Source of the DNA: an uncultured archaeon
GTDB taxonomy: Archaea; Iainarchaeota; Iainarchaeia; Iainarchaeales; Iainarchaeaceae
NCBI GenBank assembly: GCA_964577555.1
Contig: CAZNZM010000004.1
Span: forward strand, 87,671-119,670
Direction: 5' to 3'
Length of the DNA stretch: 32,000 nt
Below, one piece after another: positions 23,568 to 31,680 of the stretch. The stretch's first letter is position 1. Each line of letters starts with the position of its first letter. The notes under the pieces are model-generated. The model searched no databases, was not told the DNA's origin, and saw nothing but the letters and a program-made list of their open reading frames with translations. Position numbers and translations under genes: made by a program.

Positions 23568-24368
23568 TCACTCTTTCTCAGACTTTTCTAATTTTTCCTT
23601 GCCGGCCTTTCTAACAGCCGCAACTATTCTTTGCAATATAGACTTTGCTTTGACAAAATCATTGCTGTGATTCTCTATTGCAGTGCCTATATGCACAATA
23701 TCAGCCCCGGCTTTAATGCAATCATAAGCGTATTTCTCATCTCTAACCCCGCCAGCAATTATGAGAGGAACATCAATCATTTTTTTAGTTAACGAAATCA
23801 TCTCAACCGGAACCGGACTATCAGCACCACCACCAGATTCAAGAATAACAAGGTGAGCCCCCATATATTGCCCTCCAAGAGCAGTTATGCCGGCAAGATA
23901 AGGCAAATCACGAGGAATTGGCTGAGCCCTGCCAACCCAACCAACAGCCCTGCCAGGTTCAACAATTATATAAGAAGTTGGAATTACTTCCAAACCAGTC
24001 TTCTTCAAAGGATAAGCAGCAACAATTTGAGCCCCGCTTATATAATAAGGGTCATTGCTATTAAGCATAGACATAAAATAAATAGCATCAGCATGTTTGC
24101 TAATACTTGCAATATTGCCTGGAAACAAAATAACAGGCAACTTGGAATTGGCTTTCACCTGATTAATGGTGCTATCCAAAAGTTCCCCCTGGGCACCAAC
24201 AGAACCGCCAACAGCAATAGCATCAACCCCTGATTCCTCAGCCACCTTTGCTATTTTGCCAGCAACAACAGGCTCTTGATTTGGCGGATCAACAACCAAA
24301 AAAACCAAACCGCCCTTCTCCTCAATTCCTTTCAATATGCTTTTGTATACTTTCCCAAAATGGTTCAT
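23568..24368 (-). CDS. geranylgeranylglyceryl phosphate synthase (PcrB/GGGPS family)
   Basis: 'VDAIAVGGS', 'PVILFPGN', 'YIIVEPG' and 'LIIAGGVRD' fit the GGGPS TIM-barrel family. Confidence 0.88.
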   Translation of the reverse strand: MNHFGKVYKSILKGIEEKGGLVFLVVDPPNQEPVVAGKIAKVAEESGVDAIAVGGSVGAQGELLDSTINQVKANSKLPVILFPGNIASISKHADAIYFMSMLNSNDPYYISGAQIVAAYPLKKTGLEVIPTSYIIVEPGRAVGWVGRAQPIPRDLPYLAGITALGGQYMGAHLVILESGGGADSPVPVEMISLTKKMIDVPLIIAGGVRDEKYAYDCIKAGADIVHIGTAIENHSNDFVKAKSILQRIVAAVRKAGKEKLEKSEKE

Positions 24369-24402
24369 GGAACAACTATGTCCAAAAGCCTATATAAATT
24401 TT

Positions 24403-25062
24403 TCAGATGCCACTATTTTCCAATTCAACAAGACAATACTTTATGTTTTCCGCCTGCTTTTTCTCCAAAACAGACCCATGCCCAGGATAAAGATATTTAA
24501 AATCCAAACAAGACAACTTACGAATACTTGCAATCAAATCACTCCTATTTCCGCTTGGCAAATCAAACCTGCCAAAAGCACCATTAAACAAAGTATCACC
24601 AGAAAACAAAACCCCGCTTTCTTCATCATAAAAACAAACACTGCCCTTAGTATGCCCCGGAGTATCAATAACCTTGAAAACAAAATCAACTATTTCAAAA
24701 ACCTGCCCAGGCTTATAAAAAAAATCTATTTCAGGATAAAAATCCTGCATAAAACTCGAAGACACAGTAAAATAATCGGATTTGGCATTAACAAGCAACC
24801 CATCATGCAAACTCATCCACTTTTCAGCACGAGGAAACAAAACCGCACCACCAATATGATCGGCATGCCCATGAGTAAAAAGAATCTTATGAATATCAAT
24901 AGGCTTCAAACCCAATTCAGCCAAAGCCTTTTGAATATTAAAAGAATCAGACACAAGACCTGAATCAATAAGCACATTCTCAGAACCCCGCACAAGATAA
25001 ATATTAGAGCCTGAAGAACCAAAAGACAACAAATAAATAGAACCAAACAAACTCCTCAACAT
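24403..25062 (-). CDS. MBL-fold metallo-hydrolase
   Basis: 'FTHGHADHIGG' (the HxHxDH motif), 'DTPGHTKGS' and 'PGHG'. Confidence 0.88.
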   Translation of the reverse strand: MLRSLFGSIYLLSFGSSGSNIYLVRGSENVLIDSGLVSDSFNIQKALAELGLKPIDIHKILFTHGHADHIGGAVLFPRAEKWMSLHDGLLVNAKSDYFTVSSSFMQDFYPEIDFFYKPGQVFEIVDFVFKVIDTPGHTKGSVCFYDEESGVLFSGDTLFNGAFGRFDLPSGNRSDLIASIRKLSCLDFKYLYPGHGSVLEKKQAENIKYCLVELENSGI

Positions 25063-25078
25063 AATACAAATACTAAAC

Positions 25079-25093
25079 GCAATATTTAATTGC
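25079..25093. promoter_or_regulatory. symmetric AT-core element in a 53-bp divergent spacer, a candidate shared/bidirectional TATA region
   Basis: 'gcaat-attta-attgc' is centred 24 nt from the minus-strand ATG (25062) and 30 nt from the plus-strand ATG (25116). Neither gene has an SD. Confidence 0.4.
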
Positions 25094-25115
25094 TGAACGT
25101 ATTTTCTTAAAGTAC

Positions 25116-25940
25116 ATGACTCAAGAAAACCTAAAAAAAATAATTACAAAAATATCAGAAAAAACAGGAAAAACAACAGAAGAAATAAACGAACTAATAA
25201 GAGCAAAAAAAAACAAATTTTCAGGACTATTGACAGAATTTGGCGCAGCATTCCTCATAGCCAAAGAACACGGAATAGAACTTGAAAACGAACCAAAAAA
25301 AAGCACAAAAATAACAGAATTGAAACCAGGAATGAACAACATAGACATAATATGCAAAATAAAAATAATATTTCCTGTTAAAGAATTTGAAAAAAACGGA
25401 AAAAAAAGAAAATTACAAAACATGATAATAGAAGACGATACAGGAGAAACAATAGCCACACTATGGAACGGAGACATAGAAAAACTAAAAAATATAAATG
25501 CAACAAAAGGAGAAAAAATAAAAATTACAAACTGCTACGTCTCAGAATACAACAACAAAACACAAATAAGCCTCAATTACAACAGCACAATTAATAGAGA
25601 AGAAAACACAAACACAGAAAAACAATTCAAAAAACTCAAAGAACTTGAACCAGGCCTGCAAAACATAGACATCAAAGCAGAAATTAGAAAAATATTCGGA
25701 ATGAGAAACTTTGACACTCCAAAAGCAAAAGGAAAACTAATAACATTTATACTAGGCGACGAAGAAACCGAAATAAAGGCGACAGCATGGAACGAAAAAG
25801 CAGATGAAATAGCAAAAATACTTGAAGACGAAACAATCATAATTGAAAACGCATACACAAAACAAGGAATCAACGACAACACAGAAATAAACCTTGGAAA
25901 AAACGCCAGAATAATAAGGCTGAAAAAAAACCAAAACTAA
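25116..25940 (+). CDS. replication protein A-like ssDNA-binding protein (two OB folds)
   Basis: N-terminal 'FSGLLTEFGAAFLIAKEHGIEL' helix typical of euryarchaeal-type RPA. Two repeats of the form 'I..K...IFP.K.F......K.....I.DDTGE..ATLWN...'. Confidence 0.8.
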   Translation: MTQENLKKIITKISEKTGKTTEEINELIRAKKNKFSGLLTEFGAAFLIAKEHGIELENEPKKSTKITELKPGMNNIDIICKIKIIFPVKEFEKNGKKRKLQNMIIEDDTGETIATLWNGDIEKLKNINATKGEKIKITNCYVSEYNNKTQISLNYNSTINREENTNTEKQFKKLKELEPGLQNIDIKAEIRKIFGMRNFDTPKAKGKLITFILGDEETEIKATAWNEKADEIAKILEDETIIIENAYTKQGINDNTEINLGKNARIIRLKKNQN

Positions 25941-26074
25941 AAAAAACACACCGGCAAAGAACTACAAATTAATTTATAAATACATAAAAAAAACAATCAA
26001 TTAAAGCATAGGGAAAAGGCAAGCTAAAGCCAAAAAGCGAAGCCAAAAAAAACCTGATGCAGGAGGAATCAAAA

Positions 26075-27028
26075 ATGGCGAAACAAATTAAAGAAATACA
26101 AGATCTGCCAGGAATAGGACAACAAGCGGCAGAAAAACTAATTAATGCAGGATACAAAACACTTGAATCAATTGCAGTAGCATCACCAGCCGAACTAATA
26201 GAAATAGCAGGACTAGGTGAAGGAACCGCAACAAAAGCAATCAACGCGGCAAGAGACGCACTAGAAATGGGATACGAATCAGCTGCAGAAATAGCAGAAA
26301 AAAGAAAACATGTTGGAAGACTTACAACAGGAAGCAAAGAAGTAGACAACCTTTTAGGCGGAGGAATTGAAACACAAAGCATAACAGAAATATACGGAAA
26401 ATACGCAAGCGGAAAAACACAATGGTGCTTCCAAACAGCAGTAACAGTACAACTCCCAAAAGAAAAAGGAGGATTAGAAGGAGCATGCCTTTACATTGAT
26501 TCAGAAAACAGTTTCAGACCAGAAAGAATCCAAGCAATTGCAGAAGCACAAGGACTTGACCCAGAAAAAGTACTAAAAAACATTTACGTAGCACGCGCAT
26601 ACAACTCGGACCACCAAATACTATTAGCAGAAAAAGCTGGAGAAATCATAAAAGAAAAAAACATAAAACTAGTAATAGTTGACTCCTTAACATCCCAATT
26701 CAGAGCAGAATTCGTAGGCAGAGGAACACTCGCGGAAAGACAACAAAAACTCAACAAACACATGAGAACACTACAAAAACTCGCAGAAATGAACAATATA
26801 GTAGTACTAGTAACAAATCAAGTAATGGAAAGACCAGACATACTGTTTGGGGACCCAACAGCACCAATAGGAGGCAACATAGTAGGACATGCAAGCAAAA
26901 CAAGATTATATCTAAGAAAAAGCAAAGAAGACAAAAGAGTAGCAAAACTAGTAGACAGCCCACACCTCCCAGACGGAGAAGCAATCTACAAAGTAACGGA
27001 AAAAGGAATAGAAGACGTAGAAGACTAA
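26075..27028 (+). CDS. radA: DNA repair and recombination protein RadA
   Basis: HhH 'LPGIGQQAAEKLINAGYKTLESIAVASPAEL', Walker A 'GKYASGKTQ', 'LVIVDSLTSQFRAEF'. ATG 26075 preceded by 'aggagg'. Confidence 0.96.
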   Translation: MAKQIKEIQDLPGIGQQAAEKLINAGYKTLESIAVASPAELIEIAGLGEGTATKAINAARDALEMGYESAAEIAEKRKHVGRLTTGSKEVDNLLGGGIETQSITEIYGKYASGKTQWCFQTAVTVQLPKEKGGLEGACLYIDSENSFRPERIQAIAEAQGLDPEKVLKNIYVARAYNSDHQILLAEKAGEIIKEKNIKLVIVDSLTSQFRAEFVGRGTLAERQQKLNKHMRTLQKLAEMNNIVVLVTNQVMERPDILFGDPTAPIGGNIVGHASKTRLYLRKSKEDKRVAKLVDSPHLPDGEAIYKVTEKGIEDVED

Positions 27029-27178
27029 AAAAAACAATAAAAACTCTCCAACAAAAAAAACAAGAACGATTTAATAAAAAAAATAAAAACAGGTTTCTAT
27101 AGAGTAAAAATACAAAAAAAGAAAAAAACAAACCAGATTATTTTTTATTAATGACTCGCCCAATACTTTTTGAACAAC

Positions 27179-27427
27179 ATGAAAAACAATAAAAACACAA
27201 AAATAACGATTTATACAACCCCCACATGCATATATTGCAAACTTACAAAAGAATTTTTTAAACAAAATGACATAAAATTCAAAGAATACAACGTAGCAAA
27301 AGACCTAAAAAAAGCCAAAGAAATGATTGAAAAATCGGGACAACAAGGAGTTCCGGTAATTGACATAAACGGCAAAATCATCATAGGATTCAACAAAAAC
27401 GAATTAAAAGAAGCCTTGAATTTATAA
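27179..27427 (+). CDS. glutaredoxin-like protein (NrdH/YruB-type, CxxC = CIYC)
   Basis: 'ITIYTTPTCIYCKLTKEFF', 'GVPVIDINGKIIIGFN'. Confidence 0.85.
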   Translation: MKNNKNTKITIYTTPTCIYCKLTKEFFKQNDIKFKEYNVAKDLKKAKEMIEKSGQQGVPVIDINGKIIIGFNKNELKEALNL

Positions 27428-27437
27428 AGTGATTTTT

Positions 27438-28355
27438 ATGGAAAAATACGATCTTTTAATAATAGGCTCAGGAATAACAGGGTACTCCGCAGCAATATAC
27501 GCGGCACGCTTCAAAATGAACACAATAGTAATAGGAGAACTACCTGGCGGCCTCATAACAACAACCCACCTAGTTGAAAACTGGCCAGGAATAATTTCAA
27601 TCAGCGGCTTAGAACTAGCAGAAAACCTCAAAAAACACGCAGAAGCAAACGGAGTGCCTATTATAAACGACAAAGTCATAGACATAAAACAAAAAACAGA
27701 CTCAACTTTTCAAGTAAAAACTTCAAATGGACAAGAATTTTCCACAAAAACAATATTATTCGCTACAGGAACTACAAGAAGAAAACTAGGAATCAAAGGC
27801 GAAAAAGAATTTGAAAACAAAGGAGTAAGCTATTGCGCAGTTTGCGACGGAGCACTATTCAAAAACAAAACAGTCGCAGTAATAGGAGGATCTGACAGCG
27901 CTGCAAAAGAATCACTTTACCTAGCAGAACACGCTTCAAAAGTATATATTATATACAGAGGAGAAAAAATAAGAGCAGAACCAATAAACTACGAAAGAGT
28001 AACTCAAAACAAAAAAATTGAAATAATCACCAAAAAAAACGTCATTGAAATTTATGGAGACCGAATAGTCCAAGGAGTAAAATTCAAAGAAGGCGGAGAA
28101 CTAAAACTTGACGGAGTCTTCATAGAAATAGGAGCAGACCCAAACAGCGAACTAGCTGCCAAACTCGGAGTCTCACTAAACGAAAAAAAAGAAATCATAA
28201 TAGACATTGACAGCAAAACAAACATACCTGGAATTTATGCGGCGGGGGACGTTGCCAACAGACATTTTAAACAAGCAATAACAGGATCTGCTGAAGGAGT
28301 AATAGCGGCTTTTTCAGCATACGAATACATAAACACGCCAAAAAACAAAAATTAA
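27438..28355 (+). CDS. trxB: thioredoxin-disulfide reductase
   Basis: 'DLLIIGSGITGYSAAIYAAR', redox-active 'CAVCDG', 'VAVIGGSDSAAKE', 'GIYAAGDV'. Confidence 0.93.
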   Translation: MEKYDLLIIGSGITGYSAAIYAARFKMNTIVIGELPGGLITTTHLVENWPGIISISGLELAENLKKHAEANGVPIINDKVIDIKQKTDSTFQVKTSNGQEFSTKTILFATGTTRRKLGIKGEKEFENKGVSYCAVCDGALFKNKTVAVIGGSDSAAKESLYLAEHASKVYIIYRGEKIRAEPINYERVTQNKKIEIITKKNVIEIYGDRIVQGVKFKEGGELKLDGVFIEIGADPNSELAAKLGVSLNEKKEIIIDIDSKTNIPGIYAAGDVANRHFKQAITGSAEGVIAAFSAYEYINTPKNKN

Positions 28356-28363
28356 GTGATATT

Positions 28364-28735
28364 GTGCCATCAATTGCAATAATCGGAGCTTCAAACAACA
28401 AAGACAAATTCGGAAACAAATGCGTGAGAGCATACCTAAGCATTGGCTGGAAAGTCTTCCCAATAAACCCAAAAGAAAAAAACATAGAAGGATTAAAAAG
28501 CTATTCATCGATAACCGAATTACCAACAAAACCAGACAGAGTCTCAATATATCTTCCGCCAAACACAACAATCTCTTTAATACCTGAATTGCTCAAAGCC
28601 AAAATAAAAAACATTATACTTAACCCCGGCGCAGAATCAGAAGAACTCATAAAAGCACTTAACAAAAACGGAATAAAAACAACACTTGCGTGCAGTATAA
28701 GACTTGAAGGACTAAACCCAAACGACTTTCCATAA
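28364..28735 (+). CDS. CoA-binding domain protein (YccU/YneT-like)
   Basis: 'IAIIGASNNKDKFGNKCVRAYLSIGWKVFPINPK...IEGLKSYSSITELP' is the typical CoA_binding_2 signature. GTG start. Confidence 0.8.
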   Translation: MPSIAIIGASNNKDKFGNKCVRAYLSIGWKVFPINPKEKNIEGLKSYSSITELPTKPDRVSIYLPPNTTISLIPELLKAKIKNIILNPGAESEELIKALNKNGIKTTLACSIRLEGLNPNDFP

Positions 28736-28790
28736 ACCAAAAACCACATTTAATAAAAATATTTAGACTTAACCCAACCAAAATCATAAC

Positions 28791-29792
28791 ATGCAAAGAT
28801 TTTCACTAAATGAAATAACAGAACAGGAAATATTCAAAACAATCTCAAAAGCAATAACAGAAACAGAATTTTCAACTTTTACAATAGGAATAACCTCAAA
28901 AAACCCTGAATTAAAAAACAGCTTCAGCCAAAAAATCAAAGAATACATGACAACAACACTTTCTAAAAAATTCACAAACAAAAATTTCGAACTGTACATC
29001 CTAATCAACATTGACAAAGGAATTTTAGAAATAAAAACAACACCAATTTTCATATATGGACACTACAACAAATTCTCCAGAAACATTGCACAAACATTCC
29101 ACTATTGCTTCAAATGCAAAGGAAAAGGATGCAAATACTGTAAAGGCACAGGCAAACTCTCAGAACATTCAGTTCAAGAAATTTTAGAAAAGTATTTTAT
29201 TCCGGCATTTAAAGCCACAAAATCAAAATTTCACGGATGCGGCAGAGAAGACGTGGACGTCAGAATGCTTGGTTCAGGCAGACCATTCATAATAGAACTA
29301 ATCAACCCAATAAAAAGAAATTTTGACTTGGCTTTGCTTGAAAAAAAAATAAATTCAAAACACAAAAAAATAATTTCCATATCAAATTTAAGATTTTCCG
29401 AGAAAAAAGAAGTTGAGCGCATCAAAAACTCAGAATTTGAAAAAATATACTCGGCATTGTGTCATTATGAAGGTAATTTAAAAGAAACAACACTTCATGG
29501 GTTAATAGGCAAAGAATACCTAATTTTTCAAAGAACACCTCAAAGAGTGGAAAAGCGCAGAACTGACAAAGAAAGAATAAAAAAGGCAAAATTACTATCA
29601 GCAAAAATAATAGGAAAAAACCTTTTTTCAATTGAAATAAAATCCTCACATGGACTTTATATAAAAGAATTCATTTCAGGCGACAACGGAAGAACAAAAC
29701 CAAGCATTTCAGAACTTCTAGGAGTAAAATGTGTTTGCAAAGAACTGGATGTTTTAGAAATACTCATCGAACAAAACACAAATAAAAAATAA
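28791..29792 (+). CDS. pus10: tRNA pseudouridine synthase Pus10
   Basis: 'CFKCKGKGCKYCKGTGK' followed by 'FHGCGREDVDVRMLGSGRPFIIEL' (the catalytic Asp motif of Pus10). Short N-terminal region. Confidence 0.88.
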   Translation: MQRFSLNEITEQEIFKTISKAITETEFSTFTIGITSKNPELKNSFSQKIKEYMTTTLSKKFTNKNFELYILINIDKGILEIKTTPIFIYGHYNKFSRNIAQTFHYCFKCKGKGCKYCKGTGKLSEHSVQEILEKYFIPAFKATKSKFHGCGREDVDVRMLGSGRPFIIELINPIKRNFDLALLEKKINSKHKKIISISNLRFSEKKEVERIKNSEFEKIYSALCHYEGNLKETTLHGLIGKEYLIFQRTPQRVEKRRTDKERIKKAKLLSAKIIGKNLFSIEIKSSHGLYIKEFISGDNGRTKPSISELLGVKCVCKELDVLEILIEQNTNKK

Positions 29793-29995
29793 AAATTGAC
29801 AAAAAAACAACAAAAAAATTGTCTCGCAAAAAAATAAACAAATCAAAAAAACAAAAAAAACAATAAAAAATTAAGAAAAAAATGACTTACAAAAAAAAAC
29901 AAAATTCAATTAAAAAAAATAATTGACAAAAAAAAAGAAAAACGACAAAAAAACAAAAACTAATTATAAAATTAAAAAAAAATGGCTCAAAAAGG
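29793..29995 (+). repeat. A-tract modular repeat locus F
   Basis: 'aaaaattgacaaaaaaac', 'ttgtctcgc' 29819-29827, and 29883-29937 'tgacttacaaaaaaaaacaaaattcaattaaaaaaaataattgacaaaaaaaaag', a partial copy of the locus D/E module. Confidence 0.7.
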
Positions 29996-30035
29996 CTTTT
30001 ATAAAAAATTAAAAGCAAAAGAAAAAACTTCAAAA

Positions 30036-30902
30036 TCAAACCTTTTTAAGCTCCGATTCCAACAATTTTTTCACATCGGTAAAAGAATATGCTCCTACCA
30101 AAGTGCTTCCATTAATAAAAAATGTAGGAGTTCCTGAAACACCTAAAGATCTTCCAGCAGCAGTATCAGATTCCAGCCTAGAATCATATTTTCTTGAAGA
30201 AAGACAAGAATCCAATTTGGCCGGATCAGCACCAGCCTTTTTAGCAAGCTCCTTCATCTTCTCAAGATTATTTGTCTCATCTTGAACCTCAAAAGCAAGA
30301 TCATGATACTTCCAGAATATGTCGGAGCTCTGCTCATTAGCACACAAACCAACTTTCATTGCTTCTTGACCAGTACCATGCCCGGGGAAATACTTAAATG
30401 CAAACCTTGCCTTTCCGGTTTTTACATACTCGTTTATTATTCCTTGCACAGGAGGAGTCCAATTAGGATCTCTTTGCTTCATAAAATCAACATATTTTTT
30501 AGAAGCACCAGAAGCAGCACCACAATAAGGACAAGAAAAATCAGAAAACTCTACTATAGTAAGAGGAGCGTCAGGATTACCAATTACAGGGCCTTCATCA
30601 GCAAGTTGTTTCAAAGTGGCTTTTAAATTCTCAGGATTCTGGGAACCATTATCTCCATTATAATTATCATTAACCACGTCTCCGCCATCAGAACCGGAAT
30701 TCTGAACATTAATCTGCAACTTGCTTATACTATTTGAAATGTTATTCAATTTATTGCTCAAATCAAATCCGACAAAAATCAAAGATACTGAAAGTATAAG
30801 AGCTGAAACAACCAAAGCAATAGGAATATAAAGAGAATCCATGCCGGAACTAGATTCAACCGATGACCCTTCTCTCTCGTGACGCAAAAATAACCCCTCC
30901 AA
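30036..30902 (-). CDS. membrane-anchored DsbA-family thiol:disulfide oxidoreductase
   Basis: TM helix 'IALVVSALILSVSLIFVGF', N/G/D/S-rich linker, thioredoxin fold with 'FSDFSCPYCG' and 'GVSGTPTFFING'. Start is TTG 30902 or ATG 30842. Confidence 0.85.
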   Translation of the reverse strand: MEGLFLRHEREGSSVESSSGMDSLYIPIALVVSALILSVSLIFVGFDLSNKLNNISNSISKLQINVQNSGSDGGDVVNDNYNGDNGSQNPENLKATLKQLADEGPVIGNPDAPLTIVEFSDFSCPYCGAASGASKKYVDFMKQRDPNWTPPVQGIINEYVKTGKARFAFKYFPGHGTGQEAMKVGLCANEQSSDIFWKYHDLAFEVQDETNNLEKMKELAKKAGADPAKLDSCLSSRKYDSRLESDTAAGRSLGVSGTPTFFINGSTLVGAYSFTDVKKLLESELKKV

Positions 30903-30991
30903 TAAAAAATGCCTTTAGAAAATAACCTCCAGAAACTTATTTAAACAAAACTATTTAATTAGCCAACAACAAAAAAACAGAAAAAAAATAT

Positions 30992-31648
30992 TCAATTAAT
31001 TTTTGAGACAATCAATTGAGAAAGCTCCTCAAAACTGTTAAAAGAAGCCTTGACACCATTAATATAAATAGTCGGAGTAGAATTGAGACCCAAAGAAGAA
31101 CGAGCATAATAATTATCAGCATCTACCTTTCCAGACGTTTCGCCCGAAACAATACAAGAGGAAAACTTTTTCTCATCAACACCAATGTCCCTTGCAAAAG
31201 AAACAAGATTTTCAAGCCCTAACTTGTCCTGATTCATAAACATAACATCATGCATTTCCCAAAACTTTCCCTGCAAACCAGCACACTCAGCAGCCATGGC
31301 AGCAGTCTTAGCATTTCCATGAATTTCTGAAAGAGGCAAATGCCTAAAAGTAAGCTTTATTTTATCAGGATATTTCTCAACCAAATCATTCAAGATCGGA
31401 GCAACCTTGCCACAAAAAGGACATTGAAAATCGGAAAAAACAACTACGCGAACCTTTGCACTACTTGAGCCTTTCGAATGCCCGCCATTTTCAAGAGCAT
31501 CAAGATCCAAAACAGGACGTGGCTGGGAAAAAACAAAATAAACCAAGCCAAAAAAAATTAAGATAAGAACAAAAGAAAGAACCGTATAAATATTGCTTCC
31601 ACTTTCAACAACCCTTGACCTTCTAACCTTGTCTTTCAACTTTGACAT
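30992..31648 (-). CDS. membrane-anchored DsbA-family thiol:disulfide oxidoreductase (paralog)
   Basis: TM helix 'VLSFVLILIFFGLVYFVF', 'FSDFQCPFCG', 'GLNSTPTIYING'. ATG 31648 with 'ggttataaaaaatatt' about 30 nt upstream on the minus strand. Confidence 0.85.
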   Translation of the reverse strand: MSKLKDKVRRSRVVESGSNIYTVLSFVLILIFFGLVYFVFSQPRPVLDLDALENGGHSKGSSSAKVRVVVFSDFQCPFCGKVAPILNDLVEKYPDKIKLTFRHLPLSEIHGNAKTAAMAAECAGLQGKFWEMHDVMFMNQDKLGLENLVSFARDIGVDEKKFSSCIVSGETSGKVDADNYYARSSLGLNSTPTIYINGVKASFNSFEELSQLIVSKIN

Positions 31649-31680
31649 GAAAATATAAAACACCCCGAATATTTTTTATA

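Noticed and set aside
23853-24963. Plus-strand ORFs 23853-24233, 24276-24500 and 24337-24963, antisense to the GGGPS and MBL hydrolase genes.
   Set aside because: The opposite-strand genes have clear family motifs. The antisense translations are low-complexity with no recognisable features.
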